From positions 24,428,001-24,492,000 of the forward strand of contig OZ024744.1 in assembly GCA_964016885.1 (NCBI GenBank): a stretch of DNA of 64,000 bases. Direction: 5' to 3'. Shown piece after piece: positions 44,411-58,700 of the stretch. The notes under the pieces are model-generated. The model was not told where the DNA came from. It saw only the letters and a program-made list of their open reading frames with translations, and did no database searches. Position 1 is the stretch's first letter; every line of letters starts with the position of its first letter. The stretch comes from Eledone cirrhosa. Lineage: Eukaryota. Both the position numbers and the translations under genes were made by a program.

Positions 44411-47099
44411 TACGAACTGACTCGTTTTAACAACAGTTGAATTTTAAGATAAAACTTGTTTTAACAACAGTTGAGTATTAAGATAAGACTCGTTATAACA
44501 ACAGTTGATTCTTAAGAAATTATTCGTTTTTACAACAGTTGAATCTTAAGAACTGACTCGTTTTAACAACAGTTGAATCTTAAGATAAAACTCGTTTTAA
44601 CAACAGTTGAAACTTAAGAGAAAATTCGTTTTAAAAACTGCTGATACTTAAGAACTGCCTCGTTTTAACAACAGTTGAACCTTAAGAACTGACTCGTTTT
44701 AACAACACTTGTAACTGATGATAAAACTCGTTTTAACAACAGTTGAACCTTAAGAACTGACTCGTTTTTACGACAGTTGAATCTTAAGAGAAAATTCGTT
44801 TTAACCACAGCTAAATCTTATGAACTGACTCGTTTTAACAACAGTTGAATCTTATGATAAAACTCAATTTAACAACAGTTGCATTTTAAGATAAAACTAG
44901 TTTTAATGACAGTTGAATCTTAAGAACTGACTCGTTTTAACAACAGTTGAATCTGAAGAACTGACTCGTTTTAACAACAGTTGAATCTTAATAGAAAATC
45001 CGTTTTAACAACAGCTGAATCTTATGATAACACTCGTTTTAAAAACAGTTGAATCTTAAGAACTGATTCGTTTTAACAACAGTTGATTCTAAAGAACTGA
45101 CTCGTTTTAACAACGGTTGAATCTTAAGAGAAAATTCGTTTTAACAACAGCTGAATCTTAAGAACTGACTCGTTTTAACAACAGTTTAATCTGAAGAACT
45201 GACTCGTTTTATCAACTGTTGAATCTTAAGATAAAACTCGTTTTAACAACTGTTGAATCTTAAGACCTGCTCGTTTTTACAACACTTGTATCTCATGATA
45301 AAACTCGTTTTAACAACAGTTGAACCTTAAGAACTGACTCGTTTTAACAACAGTTGAATATTAAAGTAAAACTCGTTTTAACAACAGTAGAATATTAAGA
45401 ACTCTCTCGTTTTAACAGCAGTTGAATCTTTAGAACAGTCTCGTTTTAATAACAGTTGAATCTTAAAATGAAGCTCGTTTTAACAACAGTTGAACCTTAA
45501 GAACTGACTCGTTTTAACAACAGTTGAACCTTAAGATAAAATTCGTTTTAACAACAGCTAAATCTTGAGAACTGACTCGTGTTAACAACAGTTGAATCTT
45601 ATGATAACACTCGTGTTAACAACAGTTGCATTTTAAGATAAAACTGGTTTTAACAACAGTTGAATCTTAAGAACTGACTCGTTTTGACAACAGTTGAATC
45701 TTATGATAAAACTCGTTTAACAGTTGCATTTTAAGATAAAACTGGTTTTAACAACAGTTGAATCTTAAGAACTGACTTGTTTTAATAACACTTTAATCTT
45801 ATGATAAAACTCGTTTTAACAACAGTTGAATCTTAAGAACTGTCTCGTTTTAACAACAGTTGAATCTTAAGAGAAAATTCGTTTTAACAACAGCTAAATC
45901 TCAAGAACTGACTCGTGTTAACAACAGTTGAATCTTATGATAACACTCGTGTTAACAACAGTTGCATTTTAAGATAAAACTGGTTTTAACAACAGTTGAA
46001 TCTTAAGAACTGACTCGTTTTAACAACAGTTGAATCTTAAGATAAAACTCGTTTTAACAACAGTTGAATCTTTAGAACCGACTCGTGTTAACAACAGTTG
46101 AATCTTAAGAGAAAATTCGTTTTAACAACAGCTGAATCTTAAGAACTGACTCTCTTTAACAACAGTTGAATCTTATGATAAAACTCGTTTAACAGTTGCA
46201 TTTTAAGAGAAAACTGGTTTTAACAACAGTTGAATCTTAAGAACTGACTCGTTTTAATAACACTTTAATCTTATGATAAAACTTGTTTTAACAAGAGTTG
46301 AATCTTAAGAACTAACTCGTTTTAACAACAGTTGAATATTAAGATAAGACTCGTTATAACAACACTTGATTCTTAAGAAATTACTCGTTTTTACAATAGT
46401 GGAATCTTAAGAACTGACTCGTTTTAATAACAGTTGAATCTGAAGATAAAACTCGTTTTAACAACAGTTGATTCTTAAGACTGACTCGTTTTAACGACAG
46501 TTGAATCTTAAGAACTGACTTGTTTTAACAACAGTTGTATCTAAGAACTGACTCGTTTTAACAACAGTTGCATTTTAAGATAAAACTCGTTTTAACAACA
46601 TTTGAATGTTTAGAACTGAATGCTTTTAATAAAAGTTGAATCTTAAGAACTGACTTGTTTTAACAACAGTTGAATCTAAGAACTGACTCGTTTTAACAAC
46701 AGTTGAATCTTAAAATAAAACTCGTTTTAACAACAGTTGAATCTTAAGAACTGACTCGTGTTAACAACAGTTGAATCTTAAGAGAAAATTCGTTTTAAAA
46801 ACAGCTGATACTTAAGAACTGACTCGTTTTGACAACAGTTGAATCTTCTGATAAAACTCGTTTAACAGTTGCATTTTAAGATAAAACTGGTTTTAACAAC
46901 AGTTGAATCTTAAGAACTGACTCGTTTTAACACCACTTGTAACTTATGGTAAAACTCGTTTTAACAACAGTTGAAACTTAAGAGAAAACTCGTTTTAACA
47001 ACAGTTGAATCTTAAGATCTGACTCGTGTTAACAACAGTTGAATCTTAAGGGAAAATTCGTTTTAACAACAGCTGAATCTTTAGAGCTGACTCGGTTTA

Positions 47100-50000
47100 A
47101 CAACAGTTGAATCTTATGATAAAACTCGTTTAACAGTTGCATTTTAAGATAAAACTGGTTTTAACAACAGTTGAATCTTAAGAACTGACTCGTTTTAATA
47201 ACAGTTGAATTTTAAGATAAAACTCGTTTTAACAACAGTTGAATATTAAGGTAAGACTCGTCATAACAACAGTTGATTCTTAAGAAATTACTCGTTTTAA
47301 CAACAGTTGAATCTTAAGATAAAACTCGTTTTAACAACAGTTGAATCTTAAGAACTGACTCGTTTTAACAAGAGTTGAATTTTAAGATAAAACTAGTTTT
47401 AACAACAGTTGAATTGTAAGAACTGACTCGTTTTAACAACACTTGTAACTTATGATAAAACCCGTTTTAACAATAGTTGAATCTTACGATAAAATTCGTT
47501 TTAACAACAGCTGATACTTAAGAACTGACTCGTTTCAACAACAGTTGAATCTTATGATAAAACTCGTTTTAACAACAGTTGCATGTTAAGATAAAACTGG
47601 TTATAACAACAGTTGAATCTTAAGAACTGACTCGTTTTAACACCACTTGTAACTTATGGCAAAACTCGTTTTAACAACAGTTCAAACTTAAGGTAAAACA
47701 CGTTTTAACAACAGTTGAATCTTTAGAACTGAATCGTTTCAATAACAGTTGAATCTTAAAATAAAACTCGTTTTAACAACAGTTGAATCTTAAGAACTGA
47801 CTCGTGTTAACAACTGTTGAATCTTAAGAGAAAATTCGTTTTAACAACAGCTGAAACTTAAGAACAGTCCCGTTTTAACAACAGTTGAATCTTATGATAA
47901 AACTCGTTTAACAGTTGCATTTTAAGATAAAACTGGTTTTAACAACAGTTGAATCTTAAGAACTGACACGTTTTAATAACACTTTAATCTTATGATAAAA
48001 CTCGTTTTAACAACAGTTGAATCTTAAGAACTGACTCGTTTTAACAACAGTTGAATTTTAAGATAAAACTCGTTTTAACAACAGATGAATATTAAAATAA
48101 GACGCTTATAACAACAGTTGATTCTTAAGAAATTACTCGTTTTTACAACAGTTGAATCTTAAGAACTGACTCATTTTAACAACAGTTGAATCTTAAGATA
48201 AAACTCGTTTTAACAACAGTTGATTCTTAAGACTGACCCGTTTTAACAACAGTTGAATCTTAAGAACTGACTTGTTTTAACAACAGTTGAATCTAAGAAC
48301 TGACTCGTTTTAACAACAGTTGCATTTTAAGATAAAACTCGTTTTAACAACAGTTGATTCTTAAAACTGACTCGTTTTAACAACAGTTGAATCAGAAGAA
48401 CTGACTCGTTTTCACAACAGTTGAATCTTAGGAATTGACTCGTTATAACAACAGTTGAATCTGAAGAACTGACTCGTTTTATCAACAGTTGAATCTGATG
48501 ATAAAACTCGTTTTAACAACAGTTGAATCTCAATAACTGACTCGTTTTAACAACACTTGTAACTTATGATAAAACTCGTTTTAACAACATTTGAAACTTA
48601 TGATAACACTCGTTTTAACAACAGTTACATTTTAAGATAAAACTGGTTTTAACAACAGTTGAATCTTAAGAAATGACTCGTTTTAACAAGAGTTGAATCT
48701 TTAGAACTGAATTGTTTTAATAACAGTTGAATCTTAACATAAAACTCGTGTTAACAAGAGTTGAATCTTAAGGGAAAATTCGTTTTAACAGCAGGTGAAT
48801 CTTAAGAACTGACTCGGTTTAACAACAGTTAAATCTTATGATATAACTCGTTTAACTGTTGCATTTTAAGATAAAACTGGTTTCAACAACAGTTGAATCT
48901 TAAGAACTGACTCTTTTTAATAACACTTTAATCTTATGATAAAACTCGTTTTAACAACAGTCGAATCTTAAGAACTGACTCGTTTTTACAACAGTTGAAT
49001 CTTAAGGGAAATTTCGTTTTAACAACAGTTGAATCATAAGAACTGACTCGTTTTAACAACAGTTGAATCTTAAGATAAAACTCGTTTTAACAACAGTTGA
49101 AACTTAACATAAAACTCGTTTTAACAACAGTTGAATCTTTAGAACTGAATCGTTTTAATAACAGTTGAATCTTAAAATAAAACTCGTTTTAACAACAGTT
49201 GAATCTTAAGAACTGAGTCGTGTTAACAACAGTTGAATCTTAAGAGAAAATTCGTTTTAACAGCAGCTGAATCTTAAGAATTGACTCGGTTTAACAACAG
49301 TTGAATATTATGATAAAACTCGTTTAACAGTTGCATTTTAAGATAAAACTGGTTTTAACAACAGTTGAATCTTAAGAAATGACTCGTTTTAATAACACTT
49401 TAATCTTAAGAATTGCCTCGTTTTAACAACAGTTGAATCTTAAGAACTGACTCGTTTTAACAACAGTTGAATCTTAAGATAAAACTCGTTTTAACAACAG
49501 TTGAATCTTAAGAACTGACTCGTTTTAACAACAGTTGAATCTTAAGAGAAAATTCGTTTTAACAACAGCTAAATCTTAAGAACTGACTCGTGTTAACAAC
49601 AGTTGAATCTTATGATAACACTCGTCTTAACAACAGTTGAATCTTAAGATAAAACTCGTTTTAACAACAGCTGATACTTAAGAACTGACTCGGTTTAACA
49701 ACAGTTGAATCTTATCATAAAACTCGTTTAACAGTTGCATTTTAATATAAAACTGGTTTTAACAACAGTTGAATCTTAAGAACTGACTGGTTTTAATAAC
49801 ACTTTAAACTTATGATAAAACTCGTTTTAACAACAGTTGAATCTTAAGAGCTGACTCGCTTTAACAACAGTTGAATTTTAAGATAAAACTCGTTTTAACA
49901 ACACTTGAATATTAAGGTAAGACTCGTCATAACAACAGTTGATTCTTAAGAAATTACTCGTTTTAACAACAGTTGAATCTTAAGATAAATCTCTTTTTAA

Positions 50001-51000
50001 CAACAGTTGAATCTTAAGAACTGACTCGTTTTAACAAGAGTTGAATTTTAAGATAAAACTTGTTTTAACAACAGTTGAATTGTAAGAACTGACTCGTTTT
50101 AACAACACTTGTAACTTATGATAAAACCCTTTTTAACAACAGTTGAATCTTAAGATAAAATTCGTTTTAACAACAGCTGATACTTAAGAACTGACTGGTT
50201 TCAACAACAGTTGAATCTTATGATAAAGCTCGTTTTAACAACAGTTGCATTTTAAGATAAAACTGGTTATAACAACAGTTGAATCTTAAGAACTGACTCG
50301 TTTTAACACCACTTGTAACTTATGGCAAAACTCGTTTTAACAACAGTTGAAACTTAAGGTAAAACACGTTTTAACAACAGTTGAATCTTTAGAACTGAAT
50401 CGTTTTATTAACAGTTTAATCTTAAAATAAAACTCGTTTTATCAACAGTTGAATCTTAAGAACTGACACGTGTTAACAACAGTTGAATCTTAAGAGAAAA
50501 TTCGTTTTAACAACAGCTGAATCTTAAGAACTGTCCAGTTTTAACAACAGTTGAATCTTATGATAAAACTCGTTTAACAGTTGCATTTTAAGATACAACT
50601 CTTTTTAACAACAGTTGAATCTTAAGAACTGACTCGTTTTAACAACAGTTGAATTTTAAGATAAAACTCGTTTTAACAACAGATGAATATTAAAATAAGA
50701 CTCTTATAACAACAGTTGATTCTTAAGAAATTACTCGTGTTTACAACAGTTGAATCTTAAGAACTGACTCGTTTTAACAACAGTTGAATCTTCAGATAAA
50801 ACTCGTTTTAACAACAGTTGATTCTTAAGACTGACTCGTTTTAACAACAGTTGAATCTTAAGAACTGACTTGTTTTAACAACAGTTGAATCTAAGAACTG
50901 ACTCGTTTTAACAACAGCTGCATTTTAAGATAAAACTGGTTCTTACAACAGTTGAATCTGAAGAACTGACTCGTTTTCACAACAATTGAATCTTAAGAAT
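47100..51000 (+). repeat. Older, diverged duplicated segment with 2,666-bp offset
   Basis: GGTAAGACTCGTCAT at 47250/49916 and TATGGCAAAAC at 47655/50321. The copies show many more substitutions than duplications A-E. Confidence 0.7.
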
Positions 51001-54000
51001 TGACTCGTTTTAACAACAGTTGAATCTGAAGAACTGACTCGTTTTAACAACACTTGTAACTTATGATAAAACTGGTTTTAACAACAGTTGAATCTTAAGA
51101 AATGACTCGTTTTAACAAGAGTTGAATCTTTAGAACTGAATCGTTTTAATAACAGTTGAATCTTAACATAAAACTCGTGATAACAACAGTTGAATCTTAA
51201 GAGAAAATTCGTTTTAACAGCAGCTGAATCTTAAGAACTGACTCGGTTTAACAACAGTTAAATCTTATGATAAAACTCGTTTAACAGTTTCATTTTTAGA
51301 TAAAACTGGTTTTACAACAGTTGAATCTTAAGAACTGACTCGTTTTAATAACACTTTAATCTTAAGATAAAACTCGTTTTAACAACAGTCGAAACGTATG
51401 ATAAAACTCGTTTTAACAACAGTTGCATTTTAAGATAAAACTGGTTTTAACAACAGTTGAATCTTAAGAACTGACTCTTTTTAATAACACTTTAATCTTA
51501 TGATAAAACTCGTTTTAACAACAGTTGAACCTTAAGAACTGACTCGTTTTTACGACAGTTGAATCTTAAGAGAAAATTCGTGTTAACAACAGCTGAAACT
51601 TAAGAAATGTCCCGTTTTAACAACAGTTGAATCTTATGATAAAACTCGTTTAACAGTTGCATTTTAAGATAAAACTGGTTTTAACAACAGTTGAATCTTA
51701 AGAACTGACACGTTTTAATAACACTTTAATCTTATGATAAAACTCGTTTTAACAACAGTTGAATCTTAAGAACTGATTCGTTTTAACAACAGTTGAATTT
51801 TAAGATAAAACTCGTTTTAACAACAGTCGAATCTTAAGAACTGACTCGTTTTAACGACAGTTGAATCTTATGATAAAGCTCGATTTAACAACAATTGCAT
51901 TTTAAGATAAAACTAGTTTTAACAACAGTTGAATCTTAAGAACTGACTCGTTTTAACAACAGTTGAATCTGAAGAACTGACTCGTTTTAACAACAGTTGA
52001 ATCTTAATAGATAATCCGTTTTAACAACAGCTGAATCTTATGATAACACTCGTTTTAAAACAGTTGAATCTTAAGAAATTACTCGTTTTAACAACACTTG
52101 TAACTTATGATAAAACTCGTTTTAACAACAGTTGAACCTTAAGAACTGACTCGTTTTAACAACAATTGAATCCGAAGATAAAACTCCTTTTAACAACAGT
52201 CGAATCTTAAGAACTGTGTCGTTTTAACAACAGTGGAATCTTATGATAAAACTCGATTTAACAACAGTTGCATTTTAAGATAAAACTAGTTTTAACAACA
52301 GTTGAATCTTAAGAACTGACTCGTTTTAACAACAGTTGAATCTGAAGAACTGACTCGTTTTATCAACTGTTGAATCTTAAGAACTGGCTCGTTTTTACAA
52401 CACTTGTATCTTATGATAAAACTCGTTTTAACATCAGTTGATCCTTAAGAACTGACTCGTTTTAACAACAGTTGAATCTTAAAGTAAAACTCGTTTTAAC
52501 AACAGTCGAATCTTAAGAACTGTCTCGTTTTAACAACAGTTGAATCTGAAGAACTGACTCGTTTTAACAACAGTTGAATCTGAACATAAAACTCGTTTTA
52601 ACAACAGTTGAATCTTAAGAACTGACTCGTTTTAACAACACTTGTAACTTATGATAAAACTCGTTTTACCAACAGTTGAATCTTATGATAACACTCGTGT
52701 TAACAACAGTTGCATTTTAAGTTAAAACTGGTTTTAATAACAGTTGAATCTTAAAATAAACTGGTTTTAACACCAGTTGAATCTTAAGAACTGACTCGTT
52801 TTAATAACACTTTAATCTTATGATAAAACTCGTTTTAACACCAGTTGAATCTTAAGAGAAAATTCGTTTTAACAACAGCTGAATCTTAAGAACTGTCTCG
52901 TTTTAACAACAGTTGAATCTGAAGAACTGACTCGTTTTAACAACAGTTGAATCTTATGATAATACACGTTTTAGCAACAGTTGAATGTTTAGAACCGACT
53001 CGTGTTAACAACAGTTGAATCTTAAGAGAAAACTCGTTTTAACAACAGCTGAATGTTAAGAACTGACTCTTTTTAACAACAGTTGAATCTTATGATAAAA
53101 CTCGTTTTAACAAGAGTTGAATCTTAAGAACTGACTCGTTTTAACAACAGTTGAATTTTAATATAAAACTTGTTTTAACAACTTTTGAGTATTAAGATAA
53201 GACTCGTTATAACAACAGTTGATTCTTAAGAAATTGCTCGTTTTTACAACAGTTGAATCTTAAGATAAAACTCGTTATAACAACAGTTGATTCTTAAGAA
53301 ATTACTCCTTTTTACAACAGTTGAATCTTAAGATAAATCTCGTTTTAAGAACAGTTTAATGTTAAGAACTGACTTGTTTTAACAACGGTTGAATCTTAAA
53401 AACTGACTCGTTTTAACAACAGTTGCATTTTAAGATAAAACTGGTTTTTTCAACAGTTGAATCTGAAGAACTGACTCGTTTTCACAACAGTTGAATCTGA
53501 AGAACTGACTCGTTTTAACAACAGTTGAATCTTAAGAACTGTCTCGTTTTAACAACAGTTGAATCTGAAGAACTGACTTGTTTTGACAACAGTTGAATCT
53601 GAAGATAAACCTCGTTTTAACAACAGTTGAATCTTAAGAACTGACTCGTTTTAACAACACTTGTAACTTATGATAAAACTCGTTTTAACAACAGTTGAAA
53701 TTTATGATAAAACTCGTTTTAACAACAGTTGCATTTTAAGATAAAACTGGTTTTTACAACAGTTGAATCTGAAGAACTGACTCGTTTTAACAACAGTTGA
53801 AACTTTAGAACTGCATCGTTTTAATAACAGTTGTATCTTAAAATAAAACTCGTTTTAAGAACAGTTGAATCTTAAGAGCTGACTCGTTTTAAAAACAGTT
53901 GAATCTTAAGAAGTGACTCGTTTTAACAACAGTTGAATCTTAAAATAAAACTCGTTTTAACAACAGTTGATTCTTAAGAACTGACTCGTGTTAACAACAG

Positions 54001-55726
54001 TTGAATCTTAAGAGAAAATTCGTTTTAACAACAGCTGAATCTTACAAACTGACTCGGTTTAACAACAGTGGAATCTTAAGAACTGACTCGTTTTAACAAC
54101 AGTTGAATCTTAAGATAAAACTCGTTTTAACAACCGTTGAATATTAAAATAAGACTCTTATAACAACAGTTGATTCTTAAGAAATTACTCGTTTTTACAA
54201 CAGTTGAATCTTAAGAACTGACTCGTTTCAACAACAGTTGAATCTTAAGATAAAACTCGTTTTAACAACAGTTGATTCTTAAGACTGACTCGTTTTAACA
54301 ACAGTTGAATCTAAGAACTGACTCGTTTTAACAACAGTTGCATTTTAAGATAAAACTGGTTCTTACAACAGTTGAATCTGAAGAACTGACTCGTTTTCAC
54401 AACAGTTGAATCTTAAGAATTGACTCGTTTTAACAACAGTTGAATCTGAAGAACTGACTCGTTTCATCAACAGTTGAATCTGATGATAAAACTCGTTTTA
54501 ACAACAGTTGAATCTCAAGAACTGACTCGTTTTAGCAACACTTGTAACTTATGATAAAACTCGTTTTAACAACAGTTGAATCTTAAGAAATGACTCGTTT
54601 TAACAAGAGTTGAATCTTTAGAACTGAATCGTTTTAATAACAGTTGAATCTTAACATAAAACTCGTGTTAGCAACAGTTGAATCTTAAGAGAAAATTCGT
54701 TTTAACAGCAGATAATTCTTAAGAACTGACTCGGTTTAACAACAGTTGAATTTTAAGATAAAACTCGTTTTAACAACAGTTGAATCTTAAGAACTGACTC
54801 TTTTTAATAACACTTTAATCTTATGATAAAACTCGTTTTAACAACAGTTGAATCTTAAGAACTGACTCGTTATAACAACAGTTGAATTTTAAGATAAAAC
54901 TCGTTTTAACAACAGTTGAATCTTAAGAACTGACTCGTTTTAACAACACTTGTAACTTATGATAAAACTCGTTTTAACAGCAGTTGAACCTTAAGAACTG
55001 ACTCGTTTTAACAACAATTGAATCTGAAGATAAAACTCGTTTTAACAACAGTCGAATCTTAAGAACTGTCTCGTTTTAACAACAGTGGAATCTTATGATA
55101 AAACTCGATTTAACAACAGTTGCATTTTAAGATAAAACTAGTTTTAACAACAGTTGAATCTTAAGAACTGACTGGTTTTAACAACAGTTGAATCTGAAGA
55201 ACTGACTCGTTTTAACAACAGTTGAATCTTAATAGATAATCCGTTTTAACAACAGCTGAATCTTATGATAACACTCGTTTTAAAAACAGTTGAATCATAA
55301 GAACTGATTCGTTTTAACAACAGTTGAATCTGAAGAACTGACTCGTTTTAACAACAGTTGAATCTGAAGAACTGACTCGTTTTATCAACTGTTGAATTTT
55401 AAGATAAAACTCGTTTTAACAACTGTTGAATCTTAAGAACTGGCTCGTTTTTACAACACTTGTATCTTATAATAAAACTCGTTTTAACAACAGTTGATCC
55501 TTAAGAACTGACTCGTTTTAACAACAGTTGAATCTTAAAGTAAAACTCGTTTTAACAACAGTCGAATCTTAAGAACTGTCTCGTTTTAATAACAGTTGAA
55601 TCTGAAGAACTGACTCGGTTTAACAACAGTTGAATCTGAACATAAAACTCGTTTTAACAACAGTTGAATCTTAAGAACTGACTCGTTTTAACAACACTTG
55701 TAACTTATGATAAAACTCGTTTTACC

Positions 55727-58700
55727 AACAGTTGAATCTTATGATAAAACTCGTTTTAACAACACTTGCATTTTAAGATCAAACTGGTTTTAACAACAGT
55801 TGAATCTTAAGAACTGACTCGTTTTAACAACAGTTGAATCTTTAGAACAGTTTCGTTTTAATAACAGTTGAATCTTAAAATAAACTGGTTTTAACACCAG
55901 TTGAATCTTAAGAAGTGACTCGTTTTAATAACACTTTAATCTTATGATAAAACTCGTTTTAACACCAGTTGAATCTTAAGAACTTACTCGTTTTAACAAC
56001 AGTTGAATCTTCAGAGAAAATTCGTTTTAACAACAGCTAAATATTAAGAACTGACTCGTTTTAACAACAGTTGAATCTTATGATAACACTCGTGTTAACA
56101 ACAGTTGCATTTTAAGTTAAAACTGGTTTTAACAACAGTTGAATGTTAAGAACTGACTCGTTTTAACAACAGTTGAATCTTAAGAGAAAATTCGTTTTAA
56201 CAACAGCTGAATCTTAAGAACTGACACTTTTTACCAACAGTTGAATCTCATGATAAAACTCGTTTAACAGTTGCATTTTAAGAGAAAACTGGTTTTAACA
56301 ACAGTTGAATCTTAAGAACTGACTCGTTTTAATAACACTTTAATCTTATGATAAAACTCGTTTTAACAAGAGTTGAATCTTAAGAACTGATTCATTTTAA
56401 CAACAGTTGAATTTTAATATAAAACTTGTTTTAACAACTTTTGAGTATTAAGATAAGACTCGTTATAACAACAGTTGATTCTTAAGAAATTACTCGTTTT
56501 TACAACAGTTGAATCTTAAGATAAAACTCGTTATAACAACAGTTGATTCTTAAGAAATTACTCCTTTTTACAACAGTTGAATCTTAAGATAAATCTCGTT
56601 TTAAGAACAGTTTAATGTTAAGAACTGACTTGTTTTAACAACAGTTGAATCTTAAGAACTGACTCGTTTTAACAACAGTTGCATTTTAAGATAAAACTGT
56701 TTTTTTCAACAGTTGAATCTGAAGAACTGACTCGTTTTCACAACTGTTGAATCTGAAGAACTGACTCGTTTTAAAAATAGTTGAATCTGAAGAACTGACT
56801 CATTTTATCAACAGTTGAATCTGAAGATAAAACTCGTTTTAACAACAGTTGAATCTTAAGAACTCACTCGTTTTAACAACACTTGTATCTTATGATAAAA
56901 CTGGTTTTAACAACAGTTGAAACTTATGATAAAACTCGTTTTAATAACAGTTGCATTTTAAGATAAAACTGGTTTTAACAACAGTTGAATCTGAAGAACT
57001 GACTCGTTTGAACAACAGTTGAATCTTAAGAACTGACTCGTTTTAACAACAGTTGAATCGTAAAATAAAACTCTTTTTAACAACAGTTGAATCTTAAAAT
57101 AAATCTGGTTTTAATAACAGTTGAATCTTAAGAACTGACTCGTTTTAAGAACACTTTATTCGCATGATAAAACTCGGTATAACAACAGTTGATTCTTAAG
57201 AAATTACTCGTTTTAACAATAGTTGAATCTTAAGATAAAACTCGTTTTAACAACAGTTGAATCTTAAGAACTGTCTCGTGTTAACAACAGTTGAATCTTA
57301 AGATAAAATCTGTTTTAACAACAGTTGAAAGTTAAGAACTGACTCGTTTTAACAACAGTTGAATCTTAAGATAAAACTGGTTATAACAACAGTTGAATCT
57401 TAAGAACTGACTCGTCTTAACAACAGTTGAATCTTAAGAACTGACTCGTTTTAACAACAGTTGAATGTTAAGATAAAACTCGTTTTAACAACAGTTGAAT
57501 CTTAGAACTGACTCGTTTTAACAACAGTTGAATCTTAAATAAAACTCATTATAACAACAGTTGATTCTTAAGAAATTTCTCGTTTTAACAACAGTTGAAT
57601 CTTAAAATAAAACTCGTTTTAACAACAGTTGCATTTTAAGATAAAACTGGTTTTAACAACAGTTGAATCTTAAGAACTGACTCGTTTTAACAACAGTTTA
57701 CTCTGAAGAACTGACTCGTTTTAATAACAGTTGAATCTGAAGATAAAACTCGTTTTAACAACAGTTGAATCTTAAGAACTGACTCGTTTTAACAACACTT
57801 GTAACTTATGATAAAACTCGTTTTAACAACAGTTGAACCTTAAGAACTGACTCGTTTTAACAACAGTTGAATTTTAAGATAAAACTCGTTTTAACAACAG
57901 TTGAATATTAAGATAAGACTCGTTATAACAACAGTTGATTCTTAAGAAATTACTCGTTTTAACAACAGTTGAATCTTAAGATAAAACTCGTTTTAACAAC
58001 AGTTGAATCTTAAGACTGACTCGTTTTACCAACAGTTGAATCTAAAGATAAAACTCGTTTTAACAACAGTTGAATCTTAAGACTGACTCGTTTGAACAAC
58101 AGTTGAATCTTAAGAACTGACTTGTTTTAATAACAGTTGAATCTTAAGATAAAACTCGTTTCAACAACAGTTGAATCTTAAGATAAAACTCGTTTTAAGA
58201 ACAGTTGAAAGTTAAGAATTGACTTGTTTTAACAACAGTTGAATCTTAAGAACTGACTCGTTTTAACAACAGTTGCATTTTAAGATAAAATTGGTTTTTA
58301 CAACAGTTGAATCTGAAGAGCTGACTCGTTTAAACAACAGTTGAATCTAAAGAACTGGCTCGTTTTTACAACACTTGTATGTTATGATAAAACTCGTTTT
58401 AACAAGAGTTGAACCTTAAGAACTGACTCGTTTTAACAACAGTTGAATCTTAAAATAAAACACTTTTTAACAACAGTTGAATCTTAAAATAAATCTAGTT
58501 TTAATAGCAGTTGAATCTTGAGAAGAACTGACTCGTTTTAATATAAGTTGAATCTTAAGATAAAATTCGTTTTAACAACAGCTGAAACTAAAGAACTGAC
58601 TCGTTTTAAGAACACTTTATTCTCATGATAAAACTCGGTATAACAACAGTTGATTCTTAAGAAATTACTCTTTTTAACAATAGTTGAATCTTAAGATAAA

